Positions 14,601-25,244 of a DNA stretch of 64,000 bases are shown here, in pieces. Where the stretch lies: assembly GCA_965285935.1 (NCBI GenBank), contig OZ260664.1:14384001-14448000 (forward strand). The letters are read 5' to 3'. Position 1 is the first letter of the stretch, and each line of letters starts with the position of its first letter. Origin of the DNA: Ophelia neglecta (lineage: Eukaryota). The position numbers and the translations under genes are program-made. The notes under the pieces were generated by a model. That model saw nothing but the letters and a program-made list of their open reading frames with translations, searched no databases and was not told the origin of the DNA.

Positions 14601-16076
14601 ATCCGAAGACTTTCATAAATACAACAGTCAGTATGGAACATGTTCAGCATATTTTGTATCCCCGTAGGACCGAGTAGCCCTCAAAACCTTCAAAAGCCAA
14701 CAAACGGCGACCAAGGAGCATGTTTATATCACCATCCAAGTGTTAATTGCTCAGTCAAATCTAGGTTATTTCGCCCGAAATCATAATCAGGACTTAGCTG
14801 CTCAGCTAAAAGTGACATATAATCGTAGCCATATTCACAGGGGATAGCCGATAGGAAGATTTATCTAATTAGTGCATCTGGTGACAATCAGCTATTGTTG
14901 GGTTCTGCAAATTAGAAAACTTCTCTTAAGGCTTCGCTACAACCAAATATGAACAGTTGGTTTTTTCAACCTCCGTTGTTAGTCACAAATTATGGCTGGT
15001 TTTTTCCGGATTTCTTCCAATCACATTTAAAAAATATTTATCGATATAAATGCTGTCCGATAATTCCGTAAATACGACAACAGGTGGTATCGAACATGTT
15101 CAGCATATTTTGCGTCCTCATATTACTGAGTAGTAACATGTCTGAAAACATTCGAAAGCTACAAACGGAGCTCAAAGAGAATCCGCTATATATATCATCG
15201 TCTCATCTATCAGAGAGCATCTATTATATATTACTATCGGAGTTTTTGCTAACCAGACAAAAAACGAGATATTTCAACATAAATTCAAAGGGGTACTTGA
15301 CAGGAAGTTGTATCTAATCATTGCAGTGGGTGACCATCAGCTGTTGTTGGGTCCTGCATATTAGAGAGCCTCTCTGACAGCTTCACCTTAAAATAAAGAT
15401 ATGGAAAAATCGTGATTAGGTCTATACTTTGTATTACCTGACTTGAAAATCGTTTCACAGGAATAACAGGTTAGATTCAATTTCAAGGAATGCTGGAACA
15501 CCACAAGCTGATCAAAGCGCGTCCACTATCAATGACTATACAGCACTTAGCTGCTCAGCTAAAAGTGACATGTAATAGTAGCCATATTCACAGGGGATAG
15601 CCGATAGGAAGATTTATCTAATCAGTGCATGTGGTGACAATCAGCTATTGTTGGGTTCTGCAAATTAGAAAACTTCTCTTAAGGCTTCGCTACAAGCAAA
15701 TATGAACAGTTTGTTGATTCTGTATCCGCCGTTAGTCACCAATTGTGGCTCGATTCTTCAGGATTGCTTGTCACCACATTTGAGAAATAGTAACCAATAT
15801 AAAGACCATCCAAAGACTTTCATAAATACAACAGTCAGTATGGAACATGTTCAGCATATTTTGTATCCCCGTAGGACCGAGTAGCCCTCAAAACCTTCAA
15901 AAGCCAACAACGGGGCCCAAGGAGCATGTTTATATCACCATCCAAGTGTTTAATGCTCAGTCAAATCTAGGTTATTTCGCCCGAAATCATAATCAGGACT
16001 TAGCTGCTCAGCTAAAAGTGACATATAATCGTAGCCATATTCACAGGGGATTGCCGATAGGAAGATTTATCTAATT

Positions 16077-16598
16077 AAAAACTCCGATAGTAATATATAA
16101 TAGATGCTCTCTGATAGATGAGACGATGATATATATAGCGGATTCTCTTTGAGCTCCGTTTGTAGCTTTCGAATGTTTTCAGACATGATACTACTCAGTA
16201 ATATGAGGACGCAAAATATGCTGAACATGTTCGATACCACCTGTTGTCGTATTTACGGAATTATCGGACAGCATTTATATCGATAAATATTTTTCAAATA
16301 TGAACAGTTGGTTTTTTCAACCTCCGTTGTTAGTCACAAATTATGGCTGGATTTTTCCGGATTTCTTCCAATCACATTTGAAAAATATTTATCGATATAA
16401 ATGCTGTCCGATAATTCCGTAAATACGACAACAGGTGGTATCGAACATGTTCAGCATATTTTGCGTCCTCATATTACTGAGTAGTATCATGTCTGAAAAC
16501 ATTCGAAAGCTACAAACGGAGCTCAAAGAGAATCCGCTATATATATCATCGTCTCATCTATCAGAGAGCATCTATTATATATTACTATCGGAGTTTTT
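16077..16598. repeat. 223-bp inverted repeat (16077-16299 / 16376-16598) with 76-bp spacer inside array 1
   Basis: 16077-16299 reads as the reverse complement of 16376-16598, including the local variant gtagtatcat. It replaces one hairpin core. Confidence 0.93.
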
Positions 16599-19404
16599 GC
16601 TAACCAGACAAAAAACGAGATATTTCAACATAAATTCAAAGGGGTACTTGACAGGAAGTTGTATCTAATCCTTGCAGTGGGTGACCATCAGCTGTTGTTG
16701 GGTCCTGCATATTAGAGAGCCTCTCTGACAGCTTCACCTTAAAATAAAGATATGGAAAAATCGTGATTAGGTCTATACTTTGTATTACCTGACTTGAAAA
16801 TCGTTTCACAGGAATAACAGGTTAGATTCAATTTCAAGGAATGCTGGAACACCACAAGCTGTTGAAAGCGCGTCCACTATCAATGACTGTACAGCACTTA
16901 GCTGCTCAGCTAAAAGTGACAAGTAATCGTAAACATATTCACAGGGGATAGCCGATAGGAAGATTTATCTAATCAGTGCATTTGGTGACAATCAGCTATT
17001 GTTGGGTTTTGCAAATTAGAAAACTTCTCTTAAGGCTTCGCTACAACCAAATATGAACAGCGCGTTGATTCTGTATCCGCCGTTAGTCACCACTTGTGAC
17101 TCGATTCTTCAGGATTGCTTGTAACAAAAGTTGAGAAATAATAACCAATATAAAGACAACCCCAAGACTTTCATGATTACGACAACAGGCAGTATGCAAC
17201 ATGTTCAGCATATTTTGTATCCCCGTAGGACCGAGTAGCTCTCAAATCCTTCAAAAGCCAACAACGGCGCCCAAGGAGCATCCGTTTATATCACCATCCA
17301 AGTGTTAGTTACTCAAATCTAAGTTATTTCGCCCGAAATCATAGAGGGTAAAAACAGTAGGTTGTATGTAATCAGTGCAGTGGGTGACCATCAGCTATGG
17401 TTGGGTTCTGCATATTAGATAACTTAAAATCTTCACCAAAACTAGAGTCTGAGCAATTTCTACATTCAGCTTTTGCTAGTAGTCACATGCTGTTACTGGG
17501 TACTTTCGGAATTTCTTTTAAACTCACTTGCGAATCAGATTCAATATGAACGCTTCCCTAGGGTTTATTAACTACGAATACAGGTGGAATCAGACATGGT
17601 CGGGTTAGTTCAAATCTCTCTTTTGCAGGGTATTGCCACTTTTTAAACACTTTAAAACCACCCAAGTCTATCAGAGGACATTTGTTATAGATTACTGTCA
17701 TAGATTTGCTACACCGACACACAAAAAACGAGTTATTTCAACATAAATTTTAAAGGGAAGTATTACAGTAGGTTGTATCTAATTAGTGCAGTGGGTGACC
17801 ATCAGCTGTGGTTGGGTCCTGCAAATTAGAAAGCCTTTCTGAAAGCTTCACATTGAAATCAAAGATCTGAATATGCGCAATCCATCGTTTGCTGCAGGTC
17901 ACTAAGTGTGACTAAGTCTCTTTAGATTTGCTATAAACTGACTTGAAAATCGTTTCACAGGAATTACTGCCTTAGCACTTTCTAAACTCCTCAAACAGAT
18001 CATAGCACAACTTTGAAAGTACAATGCATCCGCCTATTAAAGGTTAGAATCAATTTCAAGGAATGCTGTAACACTACACACACTGTTCAAACGTGTCCAC
18101 TATCAATGACTGTACATCACTTAGCGGCTCAGCTAAAAGTGACCTGTTATCGTAACCATATTCACAGGGGATCTAATTTGTGCATTTGGTGACAATCAGC
18201 TATTGTTGGGTTCTGCAAATTAGAAACGTCTCTTAAGGCTTCTCTACAAACAATATGAACAGTTGGTTTTTTCAACCTCCGCTGTTAGTCACAACTTGTG
18301 GCTGAATTTTTCCTGATTTCTTCCAATCACATTTATGAAATATTTATCGATATAAAGGCTGTCCGAGAATTCCGTAAATGCGACAAAAGGCGGTATCGAA
18401 CATATTCAGCATATTTTTTGCGTCCTCATATTACCGAGAAGTGACATGTCTTAAAACAGTCGAAAGCTACAACCTGCGGTCAAAGAGAATCCGCTATATA
18501 TATATCATCGTCTCATCTATCTGCGAGCATATATTATAAATTAATATCGAAGTTTTTGCTAAACAGACAAAAAACGAGTTATTTCAACATATATTCTAAG
18601 GGCAAGTATGACAGAATGTTATATCTATTCAGAGCAGTGGGTGACCATCAGCTGTGGTTGGGTCCTGCATATTAGAGAGCCTTTCTGACAGCTTCACCTT
18701 AGAATAAAGATATGGAAAATCGTGACTAGGTTATATTTGTATTACCTGACTTGAAAATTGTTTCACAGGAATTAGTGCCTTAGCACTTTCGTAACTTCTC
18801 CATCAGATCATAGCACAATTTTAAAGATACAATGCATCCGCCTATTAAAGGTTAGATTCAATTTCAAGGACTGCTGGAACACCACACGCTGTTCAACGCG
18901 TCCACTATCAATGACTGTACAGCACTTAGCTGCTCAGCTAAAAGTGACCTGTAATCGTAAACATATTCACAGGGGATAGCCGATAGGAAGATTTATCTAA
19001 TCAGTGCATTTGGTGACAATCAGCTATTGTTGGGTTCTGCAAATTAGAAAACTTCTCTTTAGGCTTCGCTACAACCAAGTATGATCAGTTAGTTGATTCT
19101 GTATCCGCCGTCAGTCACCACTTGTGGCTCGATTCTTCAGGATTGCTTGTAACTACAGTTGAGAAATAATAACCAATATAAAGACCACCCCATGACTTTC
19201 ATAATTACGACAACAGGCAGTATGCAACATGTTCAGCATAGTTTGTATCCCCGTAGGACCGAGTAGCTCTCAAAACCTTCAAAAGCCAACAACGGCGACC
19301 AAGGAGCATCCGTTTATATCACCATCCAAGTGTTAGTTACTCAGTCAAATCTAAGTTATTTCGCCCGAAATCATAAGGGGTAAAAACAGTAGGCTGTATG
19401 TAAT

Positions 19405-19883
19405 GGTTTCGAGTTATGTTCAAAACTCTCATGCTCGCATACCGTGTACTCATAGGCTCTGCTCCATCATACCTCTCGGAGCTTCTCACCATTCGCCAAA
19501 CCACATATATGGGACTACGCTCATCGGATTCACTAACATTGGTGCAGCCTCACAGCAGGCTATGTACATATGGAGATAGGGCTTTCTCTGTGGCAGCTCC
19601 CAAATTATGGAACTCTTTGCCACATCACATTAGGGGTGCTAACAGTATTGCCATTTTTAAAAGGGAATTAAAAACTCACTTGTTTAGGCTGGCCTACCCA
19701 TAAACATTCTTTTTAGATGTTTAAAAAAAATAATATTTGTATTTTTAAATTATTGCACTTCTTATCTCAGATTATGCTGGTTTTTCATTAATTATTTTGT
19801 TGTCTTAATTTTATGTACAGCGCTGCAGAACATTTTGCATGAATGGGGCGCTTTATAAAAATAAATATTATTATTATTATTAT
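19405..19883 (+). mobile_element. 5'-truncated L2/CR1-clade non-LTR retrotransposon (ORF2 C-terminus, 3'UTR, (ATT)n tail)
   Basis: Peptide FKTLMLAYR..APSYLSELL..LRSS..GDRAFSVAAPKLWNSLP..FKRELKTHLF is the typical L2/CR1 ORF2 end. The 3'UTR has agcgct...gcgcttta and a (tta)n tail. TAAT lies on both sides (19401-19404, 19884-19887) and the insertion interrupts an array unit. Confidence 0.92.
19416..19703 (+). pseudogene. Fragment of LINE ORF2 (post-RT C-terminal region)
   Basis: 95-aa ORF carrying the L2/CR1 C-terminal motifs. It is 5'-truncated, with no RT or endonuclease domain present. Confidence 0.88.
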
Positions 19884-22375
19884 TAATCAGTGCAGTGGGT
19901 GACCATCAGCTATGGTTGGGTTCTGCATATTAGGTAACTTAAAATCTTCACCAAAACTAGAGTCTGAGCAATTTCTACATTCAGCCTTTGCTGGTAGTCA
20001 CATGTTGTGACTGGGTACCTTCGGAATTTCTTCAAAACTCACTTGCGAATCAGTATGAACGCTTCCCTAGGGTTTATTAACTACGAATACAGGTTGAAGC
20101 AAACATGGTCGGGTTAGTTCAAATCTCTATGTTGCAGGGTAATGCCACTTTTTTAACACTCGAAAACCACACAAGTCTTTCAGAGGACATCCGTTATAGA
20201 TTACAGTCATAGATTTGCTTAGACACACAAAAGACGAGTTATTTCAACATAAATTTTAAAGGGAAGTATTACAGTGGGTTGTATCTAATTAGTGCAGTGG
20301 GTGACCATCAGCTGTGGTTGGGTCCTGCAAATTAGAAAGCCTTTCTGAAAGCTTCACCTTAAAATAAAGATATGGAAAAATCGTGCCTAGGTCTATATTT
20401 GTATTACCTGACTTGAAAATCGTTTCACAGGAATTACTGCCCTAGCACTTTATTAACTCCTCAAACAGATCATAGCACAATTTTAAAGATGCAGTGCATC
20501 CCGCCATTAAAGGTTAGATTCAATTTCAAGGAATGCTGGAACACCACACGCTGTTCAACGCGTCCACTATCTATGACTATACAGCACTTCGCTGTTCAGC
20601 TAAAAGTGACATGTAATCGTAAACATATTCACAGGGGATAGCGGATAGGAAGATTTATCTAATCAGTGCATTTGGTGACAATCAGCTATTGTTGGGTTCT
20701 GCAAATTAGAAAACTTCTCTTGAGGCTTCTCTACAACCAAATATGAACAGTTCGTTGAATCTGTATGCGCCGTTAGTCACCACTTGTGGCTCGATTCTTC
20801 AGGATTGCTTGTAACCACGTTTGAGAATTAATAACCAATATAAAAACCATACCAAGACATTCATAAATACGACAACAGGCAGTATGGAACATGTTTAGCA
20901 TATGTTGTATCCCCGTAGGACCGAGTAGTTCTCAAAACCTTCAAAAGCCATCCGCTTTATATCACCATCCAAGTGTTAGTTACTTAGTCAAATTCTAAGT
21001 TATTTCGCCCGAAATCATAGAGGGTAAATAACAGTAGGTTATATGTAATCAGTGCAGTGGGTGACCATCAGCAATGGTTGGATTCTGCATATTAGGTAAC
21101 TTGAAATCTTCACTAAAACAGTGTCTGAGCAATTGCTACCTTCAGCCTTTGCTAATAGTCATCTGTTGTGACTGGGTATCTTCGGAATTACATTTGCGAA
21201 TCAGGTTCAATGTGAATGTTTCCCTAGACTGGATTAAATATGAATTCAGGTGGAATCAAGCATGGGCGGATTATTTCGAATTTCCACGTTACAGGGTAAT
21301 GTCCTTTTTCAAAACAGGCAAAAGCCACACGCGTCTGTCAGGGAGTATGCGTTATAGAATACAACCAAAGTTGTTGATCCATGGAAAAATAAACGAGTTA
21401 TTTCAACATATATTCAAAGAGGAAATATGACAGAAGGTTGTATCTAATCAGTGCAGTGGGTGACCATCAGCAATGGTTGGGTCCTGCAAATTAGAAAGCC
21501 TTTCTGAAAATTTCATCTTGAAATTAAGATCTGGAAAGATCTGAATATGCGCAATCCATCGCGGGCTGCAGGTCATCAAATGTGACTAGGTCTCTTTAGA
21601 TTTGCTGTAACCTGACTTGAAAATCGTTTCACATGAATTACTGCCCGGCACTTTCTAAACTCCTCAAACAGATCATAGCACAGTTTTGAAAATGCATTAC
21701 ATCCCCTTGTTAAAGGTTAGATTCAATTTCAAGGAATGCTGGCACACTACACACACTGTTCAAAGCGCGTCTAATATCAATATCAGTACAGCATTAGCTG
21801 CTCAGCTAAAAGTGACATGTAATCGTAACCACATTCACAGGGAATAACTGATAGAAAGATTTAACTAATCAGAGCATCTGGCGAAAATCAGCTATTGTTG
21901 GGTTCTGCAAATTAGAACACCTCTCTTAAGGCTTCGCTACAAAAAATTGATCAGTTGTTTTTTTCAACTACCACTGTTAGTCACCACTTGTGGCTGGATT
22001 CTTCAGGGTTGCTTCAAATAACATTGGAAAAACATTTACCGATAAAAAGGCTGTTCCAAGACTTCCGTATAGGCGACAACAGGTGGAATCGAACATGTTT
22101 AACATATTTTGCCTCTTCGTATTACCAAGCAGGGTAAATTCTTAAATCCGTCAAAAGCTACAGACGGCGCTCAAGGCGCATCCACAATAGATCACCATCC
22201 AAATGTTAGTTACTCGGTCAAATCACAGTTATTTCGCCCGAAATCATAAGGGGTAAATAACAGTAGGTCGTATATAATCTGTGCAGTGGGTGACCATCAG
22301 CTATGGTTGGGTTCTGCGTATCAGGTAACTTAAAATCTTCACAAAAACAGCGAACAAGTCCGAAGCTTGACATCG

Positions 22376-25020
22376 AGTTGTATTTAAGCAGTGTAGTGGG
22401 TGATCATCAGTGTGATTTTGATCTGCATGATTTGCAAACATGTAAGAAACTTGATAATAACCAATTCAATTAAATCCTGGCATCCTGTAACATTTTGCGA
22501 TGTTGATATAAATAACAGAGGAACCGAATCCTCTAGGAAAAACCGATCATTACTTCGGGAAAGATGTACAGATATTCATAAAGTTAGTTTAAGGATATGC
22601 AATGCTTGAAAAACATCCACTCAATGTTTTGGGAAAACAATTGCTGCAAAACGAATAACACCAATCGCTTTGATCCAACCGAATGCGTAATAATAATACA
22701 TCTTATGGCTTCTTCATTAATTAGTGCAGTGGGTGACCATCAGCTATGGTTGGGTTCTGCATAATTTAACGGTGGTAAAGCAACACATGTAATACAACTC
22801 GCCCTTTTAACGCTTAACCATAGCGGGTGGTCACCGGCTGTGACTGGGTGCATGAACGAATCAAGTTATATCTGCACATATACCTAATTGAACTCCAAAT
22901 TGAATTGGCAATCTCACACAGACTGTGTCTCCTACTAATGGAAACCAAGATCTGGAAGTGGCAATTACTTTATACTATACATGCGGGGTTACATATACTG
23001 TAGAAACAGAACCATACTGTTTAAATGATAAATGCAAAATAATTTATACAAAGTAGAAAATAGTGAATGCTTGTCTAGGCATCTTTTCGACTAACTACTC
23101 TTAAAGCGCTACAATAAGCACACAATTTTACCGAGTGCTAAGTGCGACAACTGCAATCGCCGGTTATTCTGCTTTGGGAGTTGTGTGATCATAGGTTATG
23201 CCCCAGGTATTCACAGTATCAAGTTAATTTTTCATGCAAGCAAACCATTGTTTCAACATGTTATAATATCAGTTTGATGTTCGATGTGTACTTTAATCTG
23301 GTGGTAACTCGTGAACTATTACAAAACCGTGTCGAACCGTTTATTGTATAACTATGAACGTTTTATCGGTTGTGTATGCTTGAAGTTGTTGTAGTTTGAT
23401 TATCATAAGTACTGCATTCGCACAAAACCCCAGTTTACGTATTTGACACACACTCACGCTCTGGTTATGATGTGATCTTTGGTTAAAAGCTAAGTTGACT
23501 GTAGATTTAAAACAAGTAGGATATCTTGCCATATACATTTTAGGCATCGTTATTTCTGTACATTTTTTCCACGATTGCTAGCTGGTTTGTTTTATGTAAA
23601 ACAATTGCATGATAACCTAATGCTGATTCTCCTCCTGTACGATTAAGAACTCGTCACCTTTGCCTTTGATACTATCACGCATTAGCTAACTACCGAAGCT
23701 ATAATTAACCGACCAACATGTTGATGCAAATCAATTTACTTCAAATTTTTATTAAGAACCGTAATGTGAATAATTATTGAAATCTAACGAATACGTATCT
23801 GTTGGTTAACCTGCGAATATAAAATAACCCTTTTACCGGCTTGTCTACGGTTTTTGGGCTGCAGTACTGGATTTAGGTGGTTTGCTTGGTAAATACTTTG
23901 ATCAATCCCATCCTTTTTACACGAGGCTTTAAAAAAAACAGTGCTAGCTTCTTTGTGACACCTGCAGTTTGACAATTTTTCTGGGAATTTTTCTGGGAAT
24001 GCCCCACTATATAAAGCATGTTTTGTTGTTGCCGGCCACTTAATGTATATTTCATCAAATATGTCAAGGTATTTGGGCCTTTAGTTTATAATATTATGAG
24101 TGTGTCTTAAATTACCTCTATTATAATAGGCATTTCTAAGCACTAATAGGTATATGATATAGAGCTAGTTTTAATTATGGCTGCCCAAATTCTCAGGTTT
24201 TATCTTGAATTGCACGGTTGTGATAATCTGTCTCAGATTAATATAGTCTGGTTATTTGACCCCTTGTAGTGGTATTAGTAGTTCGAAATATATTGAACTC
24301 GACACATTGTGTTTGTGTTGGACTGGTATATATTAATTTCGTTTCTAAACGGTATTTATGTGCTAATGAATCATTCACTTTTGAACTATTATGCACTAAA
24401 ATACTATTAGTGACACTTTCAAACCCATTTTGCCTGACATATGTACCATTTTCAACGTTTAACCCGTGGTTGAAGTCATTTACCTGTTTGTCTTTTACTA
24501 AAGCAAAACGCTTTACTGTGACTGAGAACAAAGATTTGTCAATCATATGTTCATTTCCCACAATAACAGTCTGGATATAAGGTATTATACTTTGCGGTTA
24601 AAGGCGTATTCTTTATCTTTTGTAAGAAAGCACTTCTGTTTGCGCTTGCATTGAACAAGTACTTGTTTGTGGTGAATGCCTGTAAACAATTATATTGGAT
24701 AACCTTTTTTGAAACAACATGTCAAAACTTTCTTTTTTCTTTCTTGCTTAGGATTGTTACTAGTTGCTAATTGTAACGCTGGAATGCTACAAATCATTTT
24801 CAAAGCGCTCCACTTTGGCATAAGCAAAATGCTATTCTGATGACATTGTATGTTACAAAACGGTTTGTGGAACACTATTAAGATGACCTAGTCCACCGAC
24901 AATGAAATATATATAACGTATATAACGAAATTAAATCCACTAGTACACGGAAAAACTGAAAATGAATCCAATTCATTGAAACGATAACGGTAAAGTAATG
25001 CGGACAGTGAAAGGCAGGAA
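22376..25020. repeat. Diverged module M1 (hairpin core ... GC-motif-like end)
   Basis: Colinear homology with 25245-27120, e.g. 22376/25246 gagttgtatttaa.cagtg.agtgggtgatcatcag, 23181/25538 ttgtgtga.catag, 24421/26852 aaaccc.ttttgcctg.catat, ~24670/27105 gtgaat.cctgta. Confidence 0.8.
22717..22850 (+). other. Isolated paired-hairpin unit (ACCAT/ATGGT at 22736 plus GTCAC/GTGAC at 22830)
   Basis: A near-perfect array core, with a second perfect hairpin 94 bp later. The linker is not obviously alignable to the array linkers. Confidence 0.75.
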
Positions 25021-25244
25021 TATGAAAGCAAAAACCAGAGGGTTTTGAATTGTGTGGCAAAAAAATCTTCAACGCCCCCAATGAATTTACCAGTGTGTAT
25101 ATTTGAAATTAACTATTGTGCTTCAAACTAAGTGCTAAAAATCGCTCAAATGCTAAAACGCATACGTTGAATCAGTTAAGTTTTGCGTACATGTTAGTGG
25201 TACACAGAATCATTTTATGTCTGAACAGAATTAACGTGGAAGAA

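Larger units (their letters stand above)
3170..22345. repeat. Complex tandem array (satellite-like): ~45 units of ~300-500 bp, subtypes A/B/C/C'/D, higher-order repeats of ~1.2 and ~2.0 kb
   Basis: Core tctaat(t/c)agtgca..ggtgac(c/a)atcagct(a/g)t(g/t)gttgggt(t/c)ctgca recurs at 3853, 4264, 4647, 5063, 5570, 6024, 6428, 6826, 7201 ... 21463, 22293. Duplicated short ORFs confirm periods of 1993 bp (9818/11811) and 1207 bp (14495/15702). Edge units are more diverged. Confidence 0.97.

Noticed and set aside
5635-16668. Repeated 60-77-aa ORFs in array 1
   Set aside because: They are by-products of DNA repetition. Sister units are disrupted by stops and indels, and no domain is recognisable.
3450-22320. 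CRISPR-like array (conserved repeat plus variable spacers)
   Set aside because: The spacers are 300-400 bp, homologous to each other and themselves repeated. There are no cas genes and the context is eukaryotic.
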